Assembly: GCF_000195955.2 (NCBI RefSeq)
Contig: NC_000962.3
Span: 3,900,001 to 3,932,000, forward strand
Direction of reading: 5' to 3'
Origin: Mycobacterium tuberculosis H37Rv
GTDB lineage: Bacteria > Actinomycetota > Actinomycetes > Mycobacteriales > Mycobacteriaceae
DNA: 32,000 bases
The position numbers were made by a program, and so were the translations under genes. Shown here one piece after another: positions 16,957 to 24,889 of this stretch. Each line of letters starts with the position of its first letter. The stretch's first letter is position 1. Below the pieces are notes generated by a model. That model was not told the origin of the DNA. It ran no database searches and worked only from the letters and a program-made list of their open reading frames with translations.

Positions 16957-17998
16957 AGGCGCACCTCCCCTTGCTGGGATCCGGCTGGCCGCCGATCGGC
17001 AGCAGGATGTCGCTGCCGGCCGGTCCGTTGATCTTGATCGTCACCGAGCAGAAGTAGATGTTGAAGAATGCTCCGTAACTGCCCAGCGCGGACAGGCGCA
17101 GGTAGTCCTCGCCGAGCTGCTCGATGTCGTTGTTGACCTCGGCCTTTCGGTTGTCCAGCTCGGTAGCCAGCGGCCGGGCGTTTTCCAGGATGCCTTGCAG
17201 CGGCCGGCGCGAATTCCGCAACAGTTCCGTAAGATCCGTCGTCGTCGACGCCAGCGGCGAAATGGCGCCCGCGATCGGATCCCGGTTCTTGGCCAGGCCG
17301 CTGACCAGCTGCTGCAGCTGGTCGACACTGGCCGAAAATTGCGCGCTCTTTGCATCGACGGTCGCCAGCACCGCGTTGAGGTTGGTGATTACCTCGCCGA
17401 TCAGCTGGTCGCGTGCGCCCAGCGCCGCCGAGAAGGCACCGGTGTCGGCGAGCACGTTCGCCAACGGACCACCCTGGCCCTGCAGCAACTCGATGACCGC
17501 ACTGGTGATGGTGTTGATCTTGTCAGCGTCAAAGCCTTTCAGCACCGGCCGTAGCCCACCCAGCAACGCATCGAGATCCAGTGCGGGCTGGGTGTGGGCC
17601 ACGTTGATGGTGCCACCCGGCGGCAGCTTGCGCAGTTCACCCGGACCCGACGTGATCTCCAGGAACCGGTCGCCCACCAGGTTTTCGTACCGGATCACCG
17701 CACGCGTGGACGAGTACAGCGTGTAGCTGCGGTCGATCGCGAATGCCACGTCGATGCTGTGGTCTGGGTTGAGCTTGACCGCCTTCACTGAACCGACCGG
17801 CACACCGGCGATGCGAACCTTCTGGCCTGCCTTCAGCCGCGACGCGTCGGTGAAGGTGGCGTGGTAGACGGTTGTGGGACCAAACCGGAAGTCCCCGAAG
17901 ACCACCACCAGACCGGCGGCCACCAGCAGCATGACCACCGCGAAGACGCTGACCTTGATCACCATCGACCGGTGCGAGGGAACGCCCGAGCCCGCCAT
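16946..17998 (-). CDS. mce4B: MCE-family protein Mce4B
   Basis: ATG 17998 overlaps the mce4A TGA (TGATG). TM helix (VIKVSVFAVVMLLVAAGLVVVF). MCE core YHATFTDASRLKAGQKVRIAGVPVGSVKAV. Confidence 0.92.
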   Translation of the reverse strand: MAGSGVPSHRSMVIKVSVFAVVMLLVAAGLVVVFGDFRFGPTTVYHATFTDASRLKAGQKVRIAGVPVGSVKAVKLNPDHSIDVAFAIDRSYTLYSSTRAVIRYENLVGDRFLEITSGPGELRKLPPGGTINVAHTQPALDLDALLGGLRPVLKGFDADKINTITSAVIELLQGQGGPLANVLADTGAFSAALGARDQLIGEVITNLNAVLATVDAKSAQFSASVDQLQQLVSGLAKNRDPIAGAISPLASTTTDLTELLRNSRRPLQGILENARPLATELDNRKAEVNNDIEQLGEDYLRLSALGSYGAFFNIYFCSVTIKINGPAGSDILLPIGGQPDPSKGRCAFAK

Positions 17999-19200
17999 CA
18001 GAAGTCGTCCCGTTCCGCGAACGCACCGTTGAACAGGAACTGCAGCGTCGACGGCGCGTCAACCTGTAACTCGGTGAACGGCTGGTATGGGATCAAAGCG
18101 TTGTCGGTGACCAGGAACGGCGCGCGGTAGAACGACCCGCCCGTCTGCTTGGTCGGGATATCGGGCAACCCTCGGCAGTTCGGACCGCCGGAGGCGTTGA
18201 CGATCGGCAGGCTCTCCGGATAGGTGTACGACGGCGCACCCAACACGAAGCTCGACGAGGTGAACAGCCCAGCCTTACGGACACCGATTAGCGGGGCAAA
18301 CTCCTTGACACCGCGCGCGATGCCCTTGAAAAGGCAGCCGAATACCGGGGAGTAGTCGGAGGTCACTTTGAGCGGGGCTCGGAGCCGGTTGATGGCGTCG
18401 ATGAAATTCTGTTCGGCGGGCGCCAACGTCTCATAGGCGTTATTAGACAGACCGATGGTGGCTAGCAGCGTGTCGTTGAGGTTGTCCTTCTGGTCGACGA
18501 TCGTCTTGTTGATCGTCGGCAGGTTATCGAACACGGTGTTCAGGTCCCCGGCGGCGTCAGCATAGACGTTGGCCACCACCGCCGCCTTGCGGAAATCCTC
18601 CTGAAGGGCGGGTAACTTTGGGTTCGCTTGGCGGGTCAGCGTGTTCAGTCCCGACAACAGCGCACCCAGGTCATCGCCGTGGCCGCGCAGGCCTTCGGAC
18701 AGCGCGCTCAGCGTCGCGTTCGTTTCAAGCGGATCGATCTTGTGTAGCAGGTCGATGAGCGATTGGAACAACGTGTTGACCTCAAGCTGTACCTGAGACG
18801 CCGCCACGTGCGCATTCGGACTTAGCGGCTTGGGCGACGGCGTCTTTGGCGGAATGAATTCCACCGATTTGGCGCCGAAGATGGTGTTTCCGGCGATGCG
18901 CACCGTCGCGTTGGAGGGGATAAAACCCATCTCGCCGCTGTCGATGGCCAGCTTGAGCCGTGCTTGGTTGCCGCTGTAGCTGATATCCGTGACCTTGCCT
19001 ACCTGGATGCCACGGTATTTGACCTTGGCGCCCTTCTCCATAACCAGGCCGGCCCTCGGCGACGATACCGTGACGGTGTCCGTAGACGTGAAAGCCGCCG
19101 TATACGAAAGATAAGTCAGCACTGCGGATCCCACCATCAGCCCGGCCAGCAGCGCCGCTGCCACCCTGACACTGGTGCGTCGAGATCCGCCGCCGGACAT
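17998..19200 (-). CDS. mce4A: MCE-family protein Mce4A
   Basis: ATG 19200 (MSGGGSRRTSVRVAAALLAGLMVGSAVLTYL...) with AAAGGA 5 nt upstream. MCE core VTVSSPRAGLVMEKGAKVKYRGIQVGKVTDI. The track ORF extension to 19290 overlaps yrbE4B and is rejected. Confidence 0.92.
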   Translation of the reverse strand: MSGGGSRRTSVRVAAALLAGLMVGSAVLTYLSYTAAFTSTDTVTVSSPRAGLVMEKGAKVKYRGIQVGKVTDISYSGNQARLKLAIDSGEMGFIPSNATVRIAGNTIFGAKSVEFIPPKTPSPKPLSPNAHVAASQVQLEVNTLFQSLIDLLHKIDPLETNATLSALSEGLRGHGDDLGALLSGLNTLTRQANPKLPALQEDFRKAAVVANVYADAAGDLNTVFDNLPTINKTIVDQKDNLNDTLLATIGLSNNAYETLAPAEQNFIDAINRLRAPLKVTSDYSPVFGCLFKGIARGVKEFAPLIGVRKAGLFTSSSFVLGAPSYTYPESLPIVNASGGPNCRGLPDIPTKQTGGSFYRAPFLVTDNALIPYQPFTELQVDAPSTLQFLFNGAFAERDDF

Positions 19201-19219
19201 GTTTCCTTTCTGAAGGTTT

Positions 19220-20062
19220 TTACCCCGAGAGGTTGAAGTTACCGGACGCGCCGTAGACGGCGAGCGAGATGAACAAGGTGATGACAACAACCACGATCAG
19301 CGAGGTCCGTACGGCCTGCCCGACCGCGACCCCGACCCCAACCGACCCGCCGCTGGCGTTGTAGCCGTAGTAGGTATGCACCAGCATTACCGCGATCGAC
19401 ATAGCGATGGCTTGCATAAACGACCACAACAGGTCGGAGGGGATGAGGAAGGTGTTGAAGTAATGGTCATAAAGGCCCGCGGACTGCCCATTGACGAACA
19501 CCGTGGTGAAACGAGCGGCGAAGAACGCGGCCAGCACCGACAACGAATACAACGGAATGATCGCCACCAGGCCGGCGATCAGCCGGGTTGACACCAAATA
19601 GGACACCGAGTGCACCGCCATGCATTCGACGGCGTCGATCTCCTCAGAGACCCGCATGGCACCCAGCTGCGCGGTGGCTCCGGCCCCGATGGTGGCCGCC
19701 AGCGCGATACCCGCGATCACCGGCGCGACAACGCGGACGTTCAAAAACGCCGACAGGAACCCGGTCAACGCCTCGATACCGATGTCGCCCAGCGACGAAT
19801 ACCCCTGCACGGCGATCACGCCACCGGACGCCAGGGTCAAAAAGGCCGCCACCCCGACCGTGCCGCCGATCATGACCAGCGCTCCGGCGCCCAGCGTCAT
19901 CTCGGCGACCAGCCGGACCGTCTCCTTCCGGTAGCGGGTGATGGCGTTGGGCACATAGCGCATGGTTTCGCCGTAGAACAGCGCCTGCTCACCGAAGTTG
20001 TCGACCGGCCGCTGCAGCCGCGAAAAGAAACGGCGAAACCGGATAGTGACGTCGTAGCTCAT
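19220..20062 (-). CDS. yrbE4B: MlaE/YrbE-type ABC permease subunit YrbE4B
   Basis: ATG 20062. Multi-helix permease with the conserved EEIDA motif (MRVSEEIDAVECMAV) typical of MlaE/YrbE. Confidence 0.92.
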   Translation of the reverse strand: MSYDVTIRFRRFFSRLQRPVDNFGEQALFYGETMRYVPNAITRYRKETVRLVAEMTLGAGALVMIGGTVGVAAFLTLASGGVIAVQGYSSLGDIGIEALTGFLSAFLNVRVVAPVIAGIALAATIGAGATAQLGAMRVSEEIDAVECMAVHSVSYLVSTRLIAGLVAIIPLYSLSVLAAFFAARFTTVFVNGQSAGLYDHYFNTFLIPSDLLWSFMQAIAMSIAVMLVHTYYGYNASGGSVGVGVAVGQAVRTSLIVVVVITLFISLAVYGASGNFNLSG

Positions 20063-20096
20063 CGCTTCATCACCATCGCTCGCTCACCGTCGTTTG

Positions 20097-20861
20097 TTAC
20101 TGCGCCGAGATTCGCACACCTATAGCGGTCATGACTACGTTGATCACGAAAAGGCAGATGAACGCGTAGACGACGGTCTCGTTGACCGCATTGCCCACCC
20201 CCTTGGGCCCACCCTTGACCGTCAGACCGCGGTAACACCCGACCAGCCCGGCCATGACCCCGAACAGTAGCGCCTTGATCTCCGCCAGTATCAATTCGCG
20301 CAGTCCGGTGAGCACGGTCAGACCGTTGATAAACGCACCCGGGTTGACGCCCTGAAGAAAGACCGAGAACGCGTAGCCGCCGGACAGGCCAATGGCGCAC
20401 ACCAAGCCGTTGAGCAGCAGCGCAACCAATGTGGACGCCAACACCCTGGGGACCACGAGCCGTTGAATTGGGTCGATGCCCAGCACCCGCATCGCGTCGA
20501 TTTCCTCACGGATGGTGCGAGCGCCCAGGTCGGCGCAGATCGCCGTGGCGCCAGCACCTGCCACCACCAGCACAGTCACGACCGGGCCCAGCTGGGTGAT
20601 GGTGCCGAACGCCGTTCCGGCGCCGGACAAGTCGGCGGCCCCAATTTCACGCAACAGAATGTTGAGGGTGAACGCCACCAGGACCGTGAACGGAATGGAC
20701 ACCAGCAACGTCGGGACTAGCGAAACGCGGGCCACCATCCAGGTCTGGTCCAAAAACTCGCGGAACTGGAACGGCCGCCGGAAAGCGGCACGCGCGGTGT
20801 CCATCGACATTTCGAAGAACCCGCCGACGGCCCGGGCCGGAACCGCAAGTTGTTGGATCAA
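20097..20861 (-). CDS. yrbE4A: MlaE/YrbE-type ABC permease subunit YrbE4A
   Basis: TTG start 20861. Paralogue of yrbE4B with IREEIDAMRVLGIDP motif. First gene of the mce4 operon. Confidence 0.92.
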   Translation of the reverse strand: MIQQLAVPARAVGGFFEMSMDTARAAFRRPFQFREFLDQTWMVARVSLVPTLLVSIPFTVLVAFTLNILLREIGAADLSGAGTAFGTITQLGPVVTVLVVAGAGATAICADLGARTIREEIDAMRVLGIDPIQRLVVPRVLASTLVALLLNGLVCAIGLSGGYAFSVFLQGVNPGAFINGLTVLTGLRELILAEIKALLFGVMAGLVGCYRGLTVKGGPKGVGNAVNETVVYAFICLFVINVVMTAIGVRISAQ

Positions 20862-20960
20862 CTGGGGTCCCCCCGTCTACTGCTCGCGGCGAAGTCTGTG
20901 AGTCTCCTGAACGCGCTTAGGGCCCGCACGTTGCACGGTGTGAGCCGGCCCATCCTAACC

Positions 20961-20974
20961 CAGAACGAGTTTGC
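20961..20974. promoter_or_regulatory. Weak KstR-like half-conserved site upstream of yrbE4A
   Basis: CAGAACGAGTTTGC: the AAC-NN-GTT core is present and the left half is 5/6 to TAGAAC, but the right half is poor. It is the only AACnnGTT in the 225-bp hsd4A/yrbE4A intergenic region. Confidence 0.3.
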
Positions 20975-21086
20975 GGTGTCAACGAACCGCACACCGGATC
21001 AACTGGGTCAATTTCGCTGGTTAAGCCCTATGTTGGCGTGGTGATTCGGACACCGATTCCAATAATCGGCCGCCTATATCCACGGG

Positions 21087-22040
21087 TCACTGACGCATCA
21101 GATCGGTCGCCGAAAAGCTCTGTTCCGGATCCCGACCAGCAAAGTAGTCCCGCAGCGTCGCGGTGAGCTCGGTGGGATCCCAGGACGTGCCGTCCGCGCT
21201 GAACCGGCGCTCCATGTGCGGCGGTGACACCAGCGTCACCTGCGGACCGTAGACGATGAACACCTGACCGTTGACTTCCGCGGCAGCCGGGGACGCCAGA
21301 AACTGGACCAGGCTTACCACATGCTGCGGCGACAGCGGGTCGATCTGGCCCGCTTCGACATCGGGTGCGGCGCCGAAGACATCGGCCGTCATCGCGGTGC
21401 GCGCCCGCGGACAAATCACATTGGCGCAAACGCCGTAGCGCCCGAGCGCCCGCGCCGCCGACAGGGTTAGCGCGGTGATGCCAGCCTTGGCGGCGGCGTA
21501 ATTCGCCTGCCCCACCGGGCCCACCAGACCCGCCTCCGACGAGGTGTTGACGAGCCGGCCGAAGACCGATCCCCCTTCGGCATCCTTGGCTTTGTCCCGC
21601 CAGTAGGCAGCGGCGTTGCGGGTGAGCAGAAAATGGCCGCGCAGGTGCACCGCGATCACGGCGTCCCACTCCTCGTCGGACATGTTGAACAGCATCCGGT
21701 CGCGGGTGATGCCGGCATTGTTCACCACGATGTCCAGTCCGCCCAGCCCGACGGCGCTGGCGAGCAGTTCGTCGGCCGTCGCGCGCTGGCTGATATCACC
21801 GGCTACCGCGACGGCCTTAGCACCAGCATCGGCAGCGGCGGCGCCGATCTCGTCGACGACGTCGGAAGCATCCAGGGCGGAAGCAACATCGTTGACGACG
21901 ACGGTGGCGCCCAACCGGGCCAGGCCGAGCGCTTCGGCCCGACCCAAACCCGCGGCCGCGCCGGTGACCACCGCCACCTTTCCGGACAGATCGGTCGTGT
22001 TCGTGGTACGCGGCGAGCGATTGGACTCAGTCAATTTCAA
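21087..22040 (-). CDS. hsd4A: Short-chain dehydrogenase, hydroxysteroid / 3-hydroxyacyl-CoA dehydrogenase type
   Basis: TTG start 22040. VAVVTGAAAGLGRAEAL Rossmann motif, NNAGI, catalytic YAAAKAG (YxxxK). Position upstream of mce4 matches Rv3502c. Confidence 0.9.
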   Translation of the reverse strand: MKLTESNRSPRTTNTTDLSGKVAVVTGAAAGLGRAEALGLARLGATVVVNDVASALDASDVVDEIGAAAADAGAKAVAVAGDISQRATADELLASAVGLGGLDIVVNNAGITRDRMLFNMSDEEWDAVIAVHLRGHFLLTRNAAAYWRDKAKDAEGGSVFGRLVNTSSEAGLVGPVGQANYAAAKAGITALTLSAARALGRYGVCANVICPRARTAMTADVFGAAPDVEAGQIDPLSPQHVVSLVQFLASPAAAEVNGQVFIVYGPQVTLVSPPHMERRFSADGTSWDPTELTATLRDYFAGRDPEQSFSATDLMRQ

Positions 22041-22064
22041 TTTATGAATACCTCTAGTTCCGTC

Positions 22065-22256
22065 CTACTCACCACGCGACAACGCCGCACGCGGGCATTC
22101 CGCGATGGCCTGCTCGGCCAGATCCTCCTGATCAACCGGGATCGGATCGGTCTTGACCACGGCATAGTCCTCGTCGTCCAGGTCGAAGATATCCGGTGCG
22201 ATTCCCAAGCACACCGCGTTGCCTTCACATCGGTCTCGGTCCACGATCACCCGCAC
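22065..22256 (-). CDS. fdxD: Small single-cluster ferredoxin ([3Fe-4S]-type motif)
   Basis: 63 aa. CEGNAVC ... ECP cluster-binding pattern (CxxNxxC...CP). Sits 24 nt upstream of hsd4A on the same strand. Confidence 0.88.
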   Translation of the reverse strand: MRVIVDRDRCEGNAVCLGIAPDIFDLDDEDYAVVKTDPIPVDQEDLAEQAIAECPRAALSRGE

Positions 22257-22350
22257 GGCACCCTCCTTACCCTGACCATCCCCCCGGTCGCTGCTAGTTC
22301 CACCATAAGGCCCTGCTACATCCGAGGAAACGGTCGCTGGATTCAGAGAC

Positions 22351-22364
22351 TAGAACGTGTTACA
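22351..22364. promoter_or_regulatory. KstR (TetR-family cholesterol regulon repressor) operator
   Basis: TAGAACGTGTTACA matches every constrained position of the published KstR consensus TnnAACnnGTTnnA. Lies in the 214-bp divergent fdxD/fadE26 intergenic region, 107 nt upstream of the fadE26 ATG. Confidence 0.8.
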
Positions 22365-22470
22365 ACCGGGAAGACGGCCGGGTTGCCGTTGGCGTTGGTT
22401 GTCGACAGCTAGTGGACGGCTGCTGACGGCCAGTGATAAAGACGCGATCATTCAATCGGAGGCAGCTGAG

Positions 22471-23673
22471 ATGCGCATCAGTTACACCCCGCAGCAGGAG
22501 GAGCTGCGCCGCGAGCTGCGCTCGTACTTTGCCACGTTGATGACGCCGGAACGCCGGGAGGCGCTGAGCTCGGTCCAGGGTGAATACGGCGTCGGCAATG
22601 TCTACCGGGAGACGATCGCGCAAATGGGCCGCGACGGGTGGCTTGCGCTGGGCTGGCCCAAGGAATACGGCGGCCAGGGCCGCTCGGCGATGGACCAGCT
22701 GATCTTCACCGATGAAGCCGCCATCGCCGGTGCACCGGTGCCGTTCCTGACCATCAACAGCGTGGCGCCGACGATCATGGCCTACGGAACCGACGAGCAG
22801 AAGAGGTTTTTCCTGCCCCGGATCGCCGCCGGGGATCTGCACTTCTCGATCGGCTACTCCGAGCCCGGCGCCGGCACCGACCTGGCCAACCTGCGCACCA
22901 CCGCGGTTCGCGACGGCGATGACTATGTGGTCAACGGCCAGAAGATGTGGACCAGCCTGATTCAGTACGCCGACTACGTCTGGTTAGCGGTACGCACCAA
23001 CCCGGAGTCTTCTGGGGCCAAAAAACACCGTGGCATATCGGTGTTAATCGTGCCGACGACCGCTGAGGGCTTCTCCTGGACTCCAGTGCACACCATGGCC
23101 GGTCCGGACACCAGCGCCACCTACTACTCCGACGTGCGGGTACCGGTGGCCAACCGGGTCGGTGAGGAAAACGCCGGCTGGAAGCTGGTGACCAACCAGC
23201 TCAACCACGAGCGGGTCGCCCTGGTGTCGCCGGCACCGATTTTCGGATGCCTGCGCGAGGTCCGCGAATGGGCACAAAACACCAAGGACGCCGGCGGCAC
23301 CAGGCTGATCGACTCGGAGTGGGTGCAGCTCAACCTGGCCCGGGTACACGCCAAGGCCGAAGTCCTCAAGCTGATCAACTGGGAGCTGGCTTCCTCGCAA
23401 AGTGGGCCGAAGGACGCTGGACCGTCACCGGCCGATGCGTCGGCGGCCAAGGTGTTCGGTACCGAGCTGGCCACCGAGGCCTACCGGCTGCTGATGGAGG
23501 TGTTGGGCACTGCGGCGACCCTGCGCCAGAATTCGCCAGGCGCGTTGCTGCGCGGCCGCGTCGAACGGATGCACCGGGCGTGCCTGATCCTGACGTTCGG
23601 CGGCGGCACCAACGAAGTCCAGCGCGACATCATCGGCATGGTCGCGCTGGGACTGCCGCGAGCCAACCGCTGA
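22471..23673 (+). CDS. fadE26: Acyl-CoA dehydrogenase, catalytic subunit of heteromeric ACAD (ChsE4)
   Basis: ATG 22471 preceded by GGAGG (22458-22462). ACAD fold motifs (GWPKEYGGQG, GYSEPGAGTDL, VNGQKMWTS, GGGTNEVQRDIIG). The track ORF starts at GTG 22357 inside the KstR operator; rejected. Confidence 0.92.
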   Translation: MRISYTPQQEELRRELRSYFATLMTPERREALSSVQGEYGVGNVYRETIAQMGRDGWLALGWPKEYGGQGRSAMDQLIFTDEAAIAGAPVPFLTINSVAPTIMAYGTDEQKRFFLPRIAAGDLHFSIGYSEPGAGTDLANLRTTAVRDGDDYVVNGQKMWTSLIQYADYVWLAVRTNPESSGAKKHRGISVLIVPTTAEGFSWTPVHTMAGPDTSATYYSDVRVPVANRVGEENAGWKLVTNQLNHERVALVSPAPIFGCLREVREWAQNTKDAGGTRLIDSEWVQLNLARVHAKAEVLKLINWELASSQSGPKDAGPSPADASAAKVFGTELATEAYRLLMEVLGTAATLRQNSPGALLRGRVERMHRACLILTFGGGTNEVQRDIIGMVALGLPRANR

Positions 23674-23697
23674 GCGGACCTGAGAGGACAAGACGTC

Positions 23698-24819
23698 ATG
23701 GATTTCACGACAACCGAAGCCGCCCAGGATCTTGGTGGTCTGGTCGACACCATCGTGGACGCGGTGTGCACGCCGGAGCATCAACGTGAGCTGGACAAGC
23801 TCGAGCAGCGGTTCGACCGCGAGCTGTGGCGCAAGCTGATAGACGCCGGCATCCTGTCCAGTGCGGCGCCGGAGTCGCTGGGCGGCGATGGCTTCGGCGT
23901 GCTCGAGCAGGTTGCGGTGCTGGTGGCGTTGGGGCATCAACTGGCCGCGGTGCCGTACCTGGAGTCGGTGGTGCTCGCCGCCGGCGCCCTGGCCCGGTTC
24001 GGCTCGCCGGAACTGCAGCAGGGCTGGGGGGTGTCGGCGGTCTCCGGCGATCGGATCCTCACCGTCGCCCTCGACGGTGAGATGGGCGAGGGTCCGGTGC
24101 AGGCCGCCGGCACCGGACATGGCTACCGCCTCACCGGCACACGCACCCAGGTCGGGTACGGCCCGGTGGCCGACGCATTTCTGGTACCCGCCGAAACCGA
24201 TTCCGGTGCAGCCGTTTTCCTGGTTGCCGCCGGCGACCCAGGGGTTGCGGTGACCGCACTGGCCACCACCGGACTGGGCAGCGTCGGACACCTCGAGCTA
24301 AACGGGGCCAAAGTGGACGCCGCCCGCAGGGTCGGCGGAACCGATGTCGCGGTTTGGCTCGGCACGCTTTCCACCCTGAGCCGCACCGCTTTTCAGCTCG
24401 GTGTGCTCGAGCGCGGACTGCAAATGACGGCCGAATATGCGCGCACCCGTGAACAATTCGACCGCCCGATCGGCAGCTTCCAGGCGGTGGGGCAACGGTT
24501 GGCTGACGGCTACATCGACGTCAAGGGATTGCGACTGACGCTTACCCAGGCGGCCTGGCGGGTGGCCGAAGATTCCCTGGCAAGCCGGGAGTGCCCCCAG
24601 CCAGCCGACATCGACGTCGCCACCGCGGGGTTCTGGGCCGCCGAAGCCGGGCATCGGGTGGCGCATACCATCGTGCATGTGCATGGCGGCGTCGGCGTCG
24701 ACACCGATCATCCCGTACACCGGTATTTCCTGGCCGCCAAGCAGACCGAGTTCGCGTTGGGCGGCGCCACCGGTCAGCTCCGCCGAATCGGCCGTGAACT
24801 GGCGGAAACCCCTGCCTAG
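23698..24819 (+). CDS. fadE27: Acyl-CoA dehydrogenase-like, partner subunit of heteromeric ACAD (ChsE5)
   Basis: ATG 23698 with GAGAGGA SD. ACAD-like C-terminal half (REQFDRPIGSFQAVGQRLAD, VHVHGGVGVDTDHPVHRYF). Separated from fadE26 by 24 nt. Confidence 0.9.
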   Translation: MDFTTTEAAQDLGGLVDTIVDAVCTPEHQRELDKLEQRFDRELWRKLIDAGILSSAAPESLGGDGFGVLEQVAVLVALGHQLAAVPYLESVVLAAGALARFGSPELQQGWGVSAVSGDRILTVALDGEMGEGPVQAAGTGHGYRLTGTRTQVGYGPVADAFLVPAETDSGAAVFLVAAGDPGVAVTALATTGLGSVGHLELNGAKVDAARRVGGTDVAVWLGTLSTLSRTAFQLGVLERGLQMTAEYARTREQFDRPIGSFQAVGQRLADGYIDVKGLRLTLTQAAWRVAEDSLASRECPQPADIDVATAGFWAAEAGHRVAHTIVHVHGGVGVDTDHPVHRYFLAAKQTEFALGGATGQLRRIGRELAETPA

Positions 24820-24830
24820 CCCTGCCTAGC
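24811..24830. repeat. Perfect 10-bp tandem direct repeat (CCTGCCTAGC x2) spanning the fadE27 stop codon
   Basis: 24811-24820 and 24821-24830 are identical. The TAG of the first copy (24817-24819) is the fadE27 stop. Confidence 0.9.
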
Positions 24831-24889
24831 CCGGCGACGATGCGGTCCGCGCAGCGGACCGAGAAGGAGCGGGCGAATCGAACCCACCG

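Noticed and set aside
10222-17726. Plus-strand ORFs inside the mce4 operon (10222..10821, 13311..14195 294 aa, 14762..15241, 15090..15560, 16124..16552, 16351..16953, 16901..17554, 17124..17726)
   Set aside because: All are antisense to MCE-family genes with recognisable TM helix plus MCE core. They have no independent start signals and give low-complexity products.
21028-22412. ORFs 21028..21669 (minus, alternative frame, 213 aa), 21616..22047 and 21633..22412 (plus, 259 aa) over hsd4A/fdxD
   Set aside because: They overlap an SDR with intact TGxxxGxG, NNAG and YxxxK motifs and a ferredoxin. The products are Arg/Gly/Ala-rich with no motifs.
23425-24291. 288-aa minus-strand ORF across the fadE26/fadE27 junction
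   Set aside because: It is antisense to two ACAD genes with clear family motifs. A shadow ORF.
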